Positions 1 through 8,108 of a stretch of 32,548 nucleotides of DNA are shown here, piece by piece. The position numbers were made by a program, and so were the translations under genes. Source of the stretch: an uncultured delta proteobacterium (GTDB lineage: Bacteria > Desulfobacterota > Syntrophia > Syntrophales > UBA2185); assembly GCA_963729715.1 (NCBI GenBank), contig CAVSPA010000015.1:1-32548 (forward strand). Reading direction: 5' to 3'. The notes below the pieces were generated by a model. The model had not been told where the DNA came from and searched no databases. It saw only the letters and a list, made by a program, of their open reading frames with translations. Position 1 is the stretch's first letter. Each line of letters starts with the position of its first letter.

Positions 1-577
1 TACCCATAACGGGGCTCTGTTCGTTTAACTTCAAGCCTGCAAACAAGGTCGCCTGGCTTGGTGACAGGAATGATGTAAATTTTTAGGGTTATGCGATTAT
101 AGGGCTTAATGCTTGGAACAAAGAATAGGGGGCTCTTTCCCCGGACAAGGCAATCAGTCTGGGACTCCGGCTTCGTCCCCTGAAGGAGACAGGCAGCCTG
201 CCACGCATCCTTACGCTTTATGATGAAAAAAACACCGTACATCTTATGATTTGCCGGGACTTAAAAGGATAATTGCGCCTTTTTCGGACAGGCTCGTCTT
301 ATATGCATCTTGTTCGTGATGCGTTGTGCTTGGATGTGTGCGTCCCACGGATAATCGGGGTCTCAATAAAGATAATCATTCCCAAGAGAAGGCATAAACT
401 ATTTTCATCGTCTCCTATTTGTGGATAACAAGGAAGTACTGATTTCGAATATATGTGCAATCATCGCACTTCAACAACGAACCAAACTATTAACCAGTCT
501 CGTTTTAAAAGGGAGGCAATACGGTGAAAACCCGATAAATTGATTATAGCGGCTTGTGTCCTGCAACCGTGCCCTGA

Positions 578-1825
578 TTAGTACGCCCAATACAACCCAT
601 TTCCATCGGCTGTGATCGATGTATAAACGTTGCGTCCGTAGAAGAATGGCAATCCCCAGTCAAAATAGCCGAAAGACGGCGACACGTAGCCTGCCAGCGT
701 GTTTAGCACGGCATCGTTGGGCATGCTGTCCGCGTTACCCACGCTGAAGCACACATTGTTGCTAGCTCCATTGTTTCCCTCGTTGGTTGCAGAGAGACTC
801 AATGTGGAGGAGGGAATGTACCATCCGTTTGCGTCCGTGCGTATCGTTGCATCCGGGAAAAAATATCCGTTCGAGCCGCTATCAATAAAGCTATAAGGCA
901 GGACTGTACCTTTATAAGTCGTGCTAATGCTCGCATTGTTGTTTAGAGTAAGCGCGGTTGCGCTGCCCAACCCGTTATTTGATTGTGTACCGATTCCGAA
1001 TACGAGCGAGCCGCTCAGGCTCGCAGCCGGGCCCGAAACAGCCGGTAACTCAATAATGACGCCATTGTTATCCGTGGAAAACAGCGCCACTGGATTTTGC
1101 ACCTGTTGTGACAGAGGTAAAGCCGTTCCTGCACATCCCGAAGCAGTGCACTCATAATAGGGATAACCGTCCGGAAACGACGAAGGGGTGACGCAAGTGC
1201 TGCCGCAGTCATACCGAATTGGCCCCACGCCCAATATTCCATTGGCGCCCAAGTCCGCCAGATCATCTACTATACTATAGCCACCACTCGTACAAGTGCT
1301 TGGGATCTTACTCGCATAAAAGTTAGGATCAAGAACGTGAACTGGCACTGAGCTTGCCTGTTCACCCGCTACGAAGACATCGAACGTTTGGATGGGTCCC
1401 CAAACGTAGGTTAAATCTACAAATTGGACACACTCGCCAAGATTAGTGCCGGCGGTTGGTGTCGCATATAGTCCCGGCGTTGTAAGGGCAGAAGACAACA
1501 GCCTCAGCCCAAAAGAACCAGTGTCCACCAAGACGTAATCGATCGTCTGGCATGTGACAGTTCCGTGAAGGCAAACCTTAACGCTTGTAAACGCAGCATT
1601 ACTATAGATATAGCCAATACCTGGTGGCCCACCGTTCACAGCAATTGTCTGCACATTTGTGGTGGGGGCCGCAATGGTCTGCGCGGCTAAACTTTCGCAA
1701 ACCGCTCCGCTGCTTCCGCCACTTCCGCTGCTCCCGCTACTACCTCCGCCCCCTCCGCAGCCTACAGGCAACGTCCACGCCGCGAACAATGCTAAGATCA
1801 GTATGCAAATACGGACGCTCTTCAT
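578..1825 (-). CDS. DUF3443-type lipoprotein, predicted pepsin-like aspartic protease
   Basis: 415 aa; signal peptide with lipobox-like LPVG-C23, then a Gly/Ser linker; motifs VLVDTGS (D101), NGILGVG, FIDSGS (D315), FDWGLPFF; pattern recalled from DUF3443 proteins. Confidence 0.85.
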   Translation of the reverse strand: MKSVRICILILALFAAWTLPVGCGGGGGSSGSSGSGGSSGAVCESLAAQTIAAPTTNVQTIAVNGGPPGIGYIYSNAAFTSVKVCLHGTVTCQTIDYVLVDTGSFGLRLLSSALTTPGLYATPTAGTNLGECVQFVDLTYVWGPIQTFDVFVAGEQASSVPVHVLDPNFYASKIPSTCTSGGYSIVDDLADLGANGILGVGPIRYDCGSTCVTPSSFPDGYPYYECTASGCAGTALPLSQQVQNPVALFSTDNNGVIIELPAVSGPAASLSGSLVFGIGTQSNNGLGSATALTLNNNASISTTYKGTVLPYSFIDSGSNGYFFPDATIRTDANGWYIPSSTLSLSATNEGNNGASNNVCFSVGNADSMPNDAVLNTLAGYVSPSFGYFDWGLPFFYGRNVYTSITADGNGLYWAY

Positions 1826-2319
1826 TGAATCTCCTCGATGGGGACTCCTTGTGGTACCAGTTCAGGTATGTAAGCTCTGCCGAAATACGCCCGCATATGC
1901 CCTCCAGTTTGTACGACCAACCCAGGCTCTTGGATCATGAGTGGCCCACGGCCCCGGGGGTGCTTACTTTTGAGGTTTTGAGCTGATTGCGAAAATTGTT
2001 CAAAATGCGAACCGAAGAGTTGGCGCAAGTCCGGTAAAAATGGGCCTTGCCAGACTACAGCAAATATCTTTCCAGCCGCAGAAACATATTCCCTCACGAC
2101 AGTGCCTGTTTGCGCCTTAATCTCATGCACAGTGTACGCCTTGGTTTGCGTGCTTCGCAGTGTGCCTTTCATGCGAGCTTGATCAGCCTGCACCGTTGTT
2201 TCGTCGCCACCTAGAGCTGCTGACGCAGGGCAAGGTGACGCGAGCACAACATGTGCGATGACCACCAGAAGTACCCTCAACATCATACAACGGATTGTTG
2301 TTTGAATAACCATGCTCAT
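1822..2319 (-). CDS. DUF2844-type exported protein (start may be the later MMLRV)
   Basis: Signal peptide ending ASA-ALGG; VVREYV..G.IFAVVWQGPFLPDLRQLFG and GGHMRAYFGRAYIP motifs recalled from DUF2844; 4-nt ATGA overlap with the DUF3443 gene. Confidence 0.85.
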   Translation of the reverse strand: MSMVIQTTIRCMMLRVLLVVIAHVVLASPCPASAALGGDETTVQADQARMKGTLRSTQTKAYTVHEIKAQTGTVVREYVSAAGKIFAVVWQGPFLPDLRQLFGSHFEQFSQSAQNLKSKHPRGRGPLMIQEPGLVVQTGGHMRAYFGRAYIPELVPQGVPIEEIQ

Positions 2320-2462
2320 CTTATTAGCTCTTTATTAACTCTCATAGATGCACTCTGAGCTAAAAATTTTTTGAGTCGAGCAGACCAGATTTCTCGCGAT
2401 ATTCAAAGTTGAGATTTGTATTTTCCGTTTACCGCCTGGTTTTCCGACAGTCCCACAATATT

Positions 2463-2726
2463 TTAATCGTGAGATCGTAGCACAATTATTTTGGAAAGAA
2501 TATTAATAATTACGGTTTGAAGTCTCGCGTTTTCATCAAGGTTGATAATATGTGGCAGGAAGAATTCCTCATTGAAACAAGGACCGTGAAAGCGGGTAAT
2601 TTTCAGCTGCCAAAAGTTATTGTCACTGAATCGAAATCCGTATGACATTGACAACACTTTTGGCAGAATCTCGCTGGTCAAGTTATTGATTTTCTTTTGG
2701 TCAGATTGAGAGTAACTCTTAGGCAT
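2463..2726 (-). CDS. Possible small hypothetical protein (87 aa from MPKSYS; frame open to 2795)
   Basis: AT-rich ORF filling the gap upstream of the DUF2844 gene on the same strand; no recognisable motif or clear RBS. Confidence 0.35.
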   Translation of the reverse strand: MPKSYSQSDQKKINNLTSEILPKVLSMSYGFRFSDNNFWQLKITRFHGPCFNEEFFLPHIINLDENARLQTVIINILSKIIVLRSHD

Positions 2727-2842
2727 TGCACACTTTTTGATTAGTTGCCGGATCATACAAAACATTATGGATATTGGCAATCTAAAGCTGGGCAACCCTC
2801 GAATTTGAGCTTGATTTTCTGCAAAAAATGCAGTAGACGATA

Positions 2843-2917
2843 ACTGTACAGGGGTGCTGACGAGGCTGAGAATATACCCTTAGAACCTGATCTGGATAAT
2901 CCCAGCGGAGGAAACGG
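2843..2917 (+). ncRNA. TPP riboswitch (THI element)
   Basis: GGGGTGC..GCTGAGA..ATACCCT..GAACCTGATCTGGATAATCCCAGCGGAGG matches the TPP aptamer consensus; directly upstream of thiC. Confidence 0.93.
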
Positions 2918-2936
2918 AATCTGCTAATATTTCTCT

Positions 2937-2975
2937 CGGGGCATATCCTCAGAAAGGTTATGCCCCGTGTTGTTT
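2937..2975 (+). terminator. Riboswitch expression-platform terminator hairpin
   Basis: CGGGGCATA (2937-2945) pairs with TATGCCCCG (2959-2967), followed by TGTTGTTT; lies between the aptamer and the thiC RBS. Confidence 0.7.
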
Positions 2976-3006
2976 ATATAGTTCTTATAACAGGAGCGTT
3001 ACTAAA

Positions 3007-4290
3007 ATGACTCAATTGAAGAGAGCACGAAAAGGTTTAATATCTCAAGAAATGAAGCTGTGCGCTAAAAAGGAAGGGGTATCCCCTGAATTTATCCGTG
3101 ACGGTGTTGAAAAAGGCACTATCGTGGTGATCCGCAACAAAAGACACACTGCAATAGCGCCCCTTGCCATAGGCAAAGGTCTCAGGACAAAGATCAATGC
3201 CAATATCGGTACGTCCAAGGATCGCGTCGAATTGGACATGGAGATAAAGAAAGTGCAAATCTCGGTCGCGGCGGGGGCGGATACGGTCATGGATCTCTCC
3301 ACAGGGGGAGATATCAGGAAGATCAGGCAGGCGATCATCAAGGCATCAACCGTTCCCGTAGGGACGGTTCCCATATACCAGGCTGCTGCCGAGATGCTAG
3401 AGGCAAAGCAAGCTATCCTTGAGATGACTGCTGAAGATATGTTCAGGGTTATAGAGCAAAATGGCGAGGACGGCGTTGACTTCATAACCGTGCACTGCGG
3501 CGTGACAAGGAGAAGTGTAGCATGCATAGAGGAGGAAGGACGCATCTTAGGCATTGTCAGTAGAGGCGGCTCCATCATCAGGAACTGGATGTCATTTAAT
3601 GACGGAGAAAACCCCCTCTATGAGAGATATGACAGGCTGTTGGAAATCGCAAAGCGCTATGACATGGTTCTCAGCCTAGGCGACGGTCTGCGGCCGGGCT
3701 GTCTCGCCGACGCAACTGACAGGGGACAGGTGCAGGAACTCATTCTCCTGGGCGAGCTCGCAAAAAGGGCGAGAGGGGAAGGAGTCCAGGTCATGATCGA
3801 AGGCCCCGGTCATGTACCCATCAATGAAATCCAGGCCAATATACAGCTACAGAAGAGCTTATGCGACGGCGCACCTTTCTACGTCCTGGGACCACTGCCC
3901 ACGGACATAGCTCCAGGTTATGATCACATCACTTCGGCGATTGGCGGGGCGATCGCCGGATCCTTTGGCGCAGACTTCCTCTGTTACGTAACTCCCTCAG
4001 AGCACCTCCGTCTACCCACTCTTGAAGATGTCAGGGAAGGAGTCATCGCTTCGAAGATTGCGGCGCACATTGCAGACATAGCAAAGGAAATCCCCGGTGC
4101 CTTCGAGAAGGACACCATGATGGCACGGTGCAGAAAGGAATTTGACTGGCAGGGTCAGGTGAAGGCCTCTATTGATCCGGAGAAGACTGAAAGACTTCTC
4201 GAAACCAGTAAGAGCGCAAAGGATGAAGGTTGTACCATGTGCGGCGAATTCTGCGCCATCAAGCTGGGAAAGGTAAGCAGTCATGGCTGA
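3007..4290 (+). CDS. thiC: Phosphomethylpyrimidine synthase ThiC
   Basis: KINANIGTS, MDLSTGG, GTVPIYQ, SLGDGLRPG, EGPGH, PGYDHITSAIG, C-terminal CTMCGEFC Fe-S motif; AGGAG RBS; TPP riboswitch favours ThiC over Bza paralogues. Confidence 0.93.
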   Translation: MTQLKRARKGLISQEMKLCAKKEGVSPEFIRDGVEKGTIVVIRNKRHTAIAPLAIGKGLRTKINANIGTSKDRVELDMEIKKVQISVAAGADTVMDLSTGGDIRKIRQAIIKASTVPVGTVPIYQAAAEMLEAKQAILEMTAEDMFRVIEQNGEDGVDFITVHCGVTRRSVACIEEEGRILGIVSRGGSIIRNWMSFNDGENPLYERYDRLLEIAKRYDMVLSLGDGLRPGCLADATDRGQVQELILLGELAKRARGEGVQVMIEGPGHVPINEIQANIQLQKSLCDGAPFYVLGPLPTDIAPGYDHITSAIGGAIAGSFGADFLCYVTPSEHLRLPTLEDVREGVIASKIAAHIADIAKEIPGAFEKDTMMARCRKEFDWQGQVKASIDPEKTERLLETSKSAKDEGCTMCGEFCAIKLGKVSSHG

Positions 4291-4465
4291 GAGGCTTCCC
4301 GAATAGTGAACAATCACGGTTAGTTTAGGACCGCCCTGCATTAACCTCTTATTACACCTTCACTGTCCCCTTTACCTCGATTCATATTCAAAATGTGGCT
4401 CCCAAAACGATTTGCGTTCACACGAGGTCTGTTTTACAAGCCATTCAAGAATCTCACGGTACCTG

Positions 4466-4493
4466 CGGATTTTAAATCACGGATTTTAAATCA
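4466..4493. repeat. Perfect tandem duplication of 14-mer CGGATTTTAAATCA
   Basis: Copies at 4466-4479 and 4480-4493, immediately upstream of the putative lysS -35 box. Confidence 0.85.
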
Positions 4494-4496
4494 TGC

Positions 4497-4523
4497 TTGA
4501 CTAATCCCCCAAAAAAATATACT
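4497..4523 (+). promoter_or_regulatory. Putative sigma70 promoter of the lysS/envelope operon
   Basis: TTGACT (4497-4502) and TATACT (4518-4523); spacer only 15 nt. Confidence 0.45.
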
Positions 4524-4558
4524 CAAATTTGGTTTATATTAAATTGGATAAGGCATTT

Positions 4559-6040
4559 ATGGAAGACAGCGAACTACTCAGGAAGAAAAAGGAAAAGATA
4601 GAGTCACTGAAGGCGGACGGTATCGAACTGTATCCCAATGATGCCCGTGTAACGGATACGGCGACATCTATCATTGAACGCTTTGCCCATATGGACGGCG
4701 ATGCCTTAGGCAAGATAGACGAGAGATTCTCCATAGCGGGAAGATTGATGGCCATTCGAGACTTTGGAAAAGGCTCTTTTGCCACTGTTCAGGACAGAAC
4801 TGGAAAGCTCCAAATCTTTGTCAGAAAGGAGAAGGTCGGAGAAATATCCTATTCGCTGTTTAAGAGACTCGATGTGGGCGATATAATTTTTGTCGCAGGG
4901 AAGATGTTCAGAACCAGGACTAATGAGCTGACGATTGACTGCGATGTGCTGAGGCTGCTCTCAAAGGCGATACGGCCCATGCCGGAGAAATGGCACGGCC
5001 TTACAGATATTGAGACCAGATACCGTCAACGGCATCTGGATCTCATTGTCAATCCTCATACTAAGGATGTCTTTGTCAGGAGGAGTCGCATCATACACCT
5101 GATACGTTGCTTCATGGAGGAAAGAGATTTCCTGGAAGTGGAAACCCCCATGATGCAGCCCAAAGCGGGTGGCGCCATGGCACGCCCCTTTAAGACCCAT
5201 CACAATGCCCTGGGGATGGATTTTTATCTGAGAATAGCCCCTGAACTGTACCTGAAGCGGCTGGTTACAGGCGGTTTCGAACGGGTCTACGAAATAAATA
5301 AAAATTTCCGGAATGAAGGCATTTCCACCTTCCATAACCCTGAATTTACTATGATGGAATTTTACCAGGCTTATGCCACATACGAGGATCTGATGGCATT
5401 GACCGAAGAGATGTTCAACTTCATCGCCTGTAAACTTTTTGACTCCTCGAAGTTTCAGTATCTGGAAACTGAGATTGACCTGACGCCACCGTGGCCGCGC
5501 ATTTCAGTAAGAGATGCAATTGTGAAATACGGCAAGATAGCTGCCGAAGTTCTGGACGACGGTGCAAGGATTATCGCTTGCGCAAAGGATCTCGGGCTGA
5601 GCATCAAAGACAGTGATGCGCCGGGAATAGCCATGATGGCTATATTTGAAGAACGAGTGGAGGACAAGCTGATACAACCGACTTTTATAACTCACTATCC
5701 GGTTGAGGTCTCTCCCCTGGCCAGGAAAACGCCTGATCAGCTTGGGGTCACTGACAGATTTGAACTTTATATTTGTGGGAAAGAAATTGCCAATGCCTTT
5801 TCCGAGATTAATGATCCTGTTGACCAGCGGGAAAGATTTTTGATGCAGCTCCGGGCTAGAGAAGCGGGGAATGATGAGGCTCATGAAATGGATGAGGATT
5901 ATATCCGAACACTCGAATATGGTATGCCGCCTACAGCAGGAGAAGGAATAGGTATAGACAGGCTGGTGATGCTCTTCACGAATTCTGCCTCTATAAGGGA
6001 TGTTATCCTTTTCCCCCTTTTGAGAAGCAAGGAAGAGTAA
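4559..6040 (+). CDS. lysS: Lysine--tRNA ligase, class II
   Basis: ATG at 4559 (MEDSELL); LEVETPMM, LRIAPELYLKRL, FRNEG, HNPEFTMMEFY, YGMPPTAGEGIGIDRL. Confidence 0.97.
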   Translation: MEDSELLRKKKEKIESLKADGIELYPNDARVTDTATSIIERFAHMDGDALGKIDERFSIAGRLMAIRDFGKGSFATVQDRTGKLQIFVRKEKVGEISYSLFKRLDVGDIIFVAGKMFRTRTNELTIDCDVLRLLSKAIRPMPEKWHGLTDIETRYRQRHLDLIVNPHTKDVFVRRSRIIHLIRCFMEERDFLEVETPMMQPKAGGAMARPFKTHHNALGMDFYLRIAPELYLKRLVTGGFERVYEINKNFRNEGISTFHNPEFTMMEFYQAYATYEDLMALTEEMFNFIACKLFDSSKFQYLETEIDLTPPWPRISVRDAIVKYGKIAAEVLDDGARIIACAKDLGLSIKDSDAPGIAMMAIFEERVEDKLIQPTFITHYPVEVSPLARKTPDQLGVTDRFELYICGKEIANAFSEINDPVDQRERFLMQLRAREAGNDEAHEMDEDYIRTLEYGMPPTAGEGIGIDRLVMLFTNSASIRDVILFPLLRSKEE

Positions 6041-6048
6041 AATCTATC

Positions 6049-7326
6049 ATGTCTTTTGAATTGTTTATCAGTCTCCGATACCTCCGGGCCAAGCGAAAGC
6101 AGATCTTTGTTTCCATTATAACATTCATATCTATCGCCGGGATATCCTTAGGTGTTGCCGCACTTATAATTGTCCTTGCGGTAATGAACGGTTTTGAGAC
6201 TGATCTCCGGAATAAAATACTGGGAATAAATTCCCACGTGGTTCTCATGCAGTACACGGGAGCGATGAGAAACTACCAGACGGTTATGAACGAGATCGAA
6301 CACGTCGAAGGTGTAGTCGCTTCAACGCCATTTATATACAGTCAGGCCATGCTGAGAAATGAAGGGCGCACCAGCGGTGTGATACTGCGAGGAATATCCG
6401 TAGATAGTGCCTCCAAAGTTATTAACCTGGGGAAAATGCACGAAGGAAACATTGACTATCTCTCCGAAAAACAGAGGAGCACCCTCGGTTATACCAAGGA
6501 CACATCGACACTTCCAGGCATTGTAATAGGCAAGGAACTGGCAAAGAATATGGGGCTTCTCCTTTTCGACCCCGTGAGCATAATCTCACCCATGGGCATT
6601 TCCACGCCTATGGGAATGGTTCCCAAAATGAAAAAATTTGTTGTCGTGGGCATCTTTGATTCCGGATTCTATGAATACGATTCGACCCTCGCATATATTT
6701 CTCTGTCGGACTGCCAGGAATTCCTGAACCTGGGAGAGCGGGTTACTGGCCTTGAGATCAAGGTCAATGACATTTACAAGGCTAATATCATCGCAAAATC
6801 CATAGAAAAGAAACTTGGCTTCCCTTTCTGGGCAAGGAACTGGATGGAAATGAACAAGAACTTATTCTCCGCCCTGAAACTGGAGAAGCGGGTCATGTTT
6901 ATTATTCTTAGTCTCATCGTTCTGGTAGCGGCATTTAACATAATATGCACACTTATCATGATCGTCATGGAAAAAAACAAAGACATTGCCATTTTGAAAT
7001 CGATGGGGGCGACCTCCGGCAGCATCATGAAGATATTCGTCTTTCAGGGGGTAACGATCGGCGCCATCGGTACTCTTATGGGCTGCCTGGGAGGGCTTGC
7101 GGTTGCCTTGAACCTTGAGAAAATTTCTGTATCCGTTGAAAATCTTTTCGGTTTCAAAATACTACCCGGAGATGTATATTACCTGAGCCAGTTGCCTTCC
7201 CAGGTCAATTACAGCGATGTCGCGATCATTGTCATAGGGACCATGCTGATATGTTTCCTGTCGACTATTTACCCCTCCCGGAGGGCCTCCAAACTGGACC
7301 CGGCGGAAACTTTACGATACGATTGA
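6049..7326 (+). CDS. lolE: Lipoprotein-releasing ABC transporter permease LolC/E
   Basis: LRYLRAKRK, GVAALIIVLAVMNGF, VAAFNII, IAILKSMGA, YPSRRASKLDP; followed by lolD. Confidence 0.92.
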   Translation: MSFELFISLRYLRAKRKQIFVSIITFISIAGISLGVAALIIVLAVMNGFETDLRNKILGINSHVVLMQYTGAMRNYQTVMNEIEHVEGVVASTPFIYSQAMLRNEGRTSGVILRGISVDSASKVINLGKMHEGNIDYLSEKQRSTLGYTKDTSTLPGIVIGKELAKNMGLLLFDPVSIISPMGISTPMGMVPKMKKFVVVGIFDSGFYEYDSTLAYISLSDCQEFLNLGERVTGLEIKVNDIYKANIIAKSIEKKLGFPFWARNWMEMNKNLFSALKLEKRVMFIILSLIVLVAAFNIICTLIMIVMEKNKDIAILKSMGATSGSIMKIFVFQGVTIGAIGTLMGCLGGLAVALNLEKISVSVENLFGFKILPGDVYYLSQLPSQVNYSDVAIIVIGTMLICFLSTIYPSRRASKLDPAETLRYD

Positions 7327-7436
7327 TCGTTGGAAAGCAGAGAGCCCATGCCTTGAATTCCAGATGCTTGAGAAATATGGACCAAGAAATGCCCAAGATG
7401 TGGGGACTGAGATCTTAGAATTCAGAATTTTACTTG

Positions 7437-8108
7437 ATGATACAGCTAAATAATTTAAGTAAGACCTTTATCAAGGATGGTAACGCAATTGAAGTCTTGA
7501 AAAGTCTCGACTTCACCATCAGTCGAGGCGAGTCTCTTGCCATCCTGGGTGTTTCAGGTGCGGGGAAAAGCACCCTCATCCATATTCTGGGAACACTGGA
7601 TCACCCCACATCGGGAACTGTGCTCTTTGACGACATCAATGTCTTCCAGTGGGACAAGAAAAAACTGGCAGAGTTCAGAAACAAAACAATCGGCTTTGTT
7701 TTCCAATTCCATAATCTGCTGCCGGAGTTTAACAGTCTGGAAAATACGATGATGCCGGCGCTGATTCACGGTCTGCCGTACAAGAAAGCGAGAGAGCGGG
7801 CCGCAGCAATATTGCATGAGGTGGGGCTTGGAGACAGGTTAACCCACAAACCCGGCGAACTTTCCGGAGGCGAGCAGCAGAGGGTTGCCGTGGCGAGGGC
7901 ACTTGTCATGGAACCGGAAATCATTCTCGCTGATGAGCCCACCGGAAATCTTGACAGCGAAACAGGCAAGAAGATAGAAGATATTCTACTGGACCTCAAT
8001 AGATTGAAAAGAATCACCCTTGTCGTCGTTACCCACAACAGAGCGCTTGCCGACAGGATGTCGAAGAACATAGGATTAAGAGATGGGAAGATTTACGCCT
8101 ATGAATAA
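7437..8108 (+). CDS. lolD: Lipoprotein-releasing ABC transporter ATPase LolD
   Basis: Walker A GVSGAGKST, GFVFQFHNLLPEF, LSGGEQQRVAVARAL, ADEPTGNLD. Confidence 0.93.
   Translation: MIQLNNLSKTFIKDGNAIEVLKSLDFTISRGESLAILGVSGAGKSTLIHILGTLDHPTSGTVLFDDINVFQWDKKKLAEFRNKTIGFVFQFHNLLPEFNSLENTMMPALIHGLPYKKARERAAAILHEVGLGDRLTHKPGELSGGEQQRVAVARALVMEPEIILADEPTGNLDSETGKKIEDILLDLNRLKRITLVVVTHNRALADRMSKNIGLRDGKIYAYE

Noticed and set aside
420..428. Perfect DnaA box (TGTGGATAA)
   Set aside because: Single copy, no cluster or origin-linked genes; could be chance
1700..1760. Low-complexity CCG/CTC-rich repeat
   Set aside because: Encodes the Gly/Ser linker of the DUF3443 lipoprotein
3007..4290. BzaA/B/F benzimidazole synthase instead of ThiC
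   Set aside because: Upstream element is a TPP riboswitch, not a cobalamin one
4283..4306. Mini-ORF MAERLPE overlapping the thiC stop
   Set aside because: Seven codons and no recognisable similarity; cannot be supported as a gene remnant
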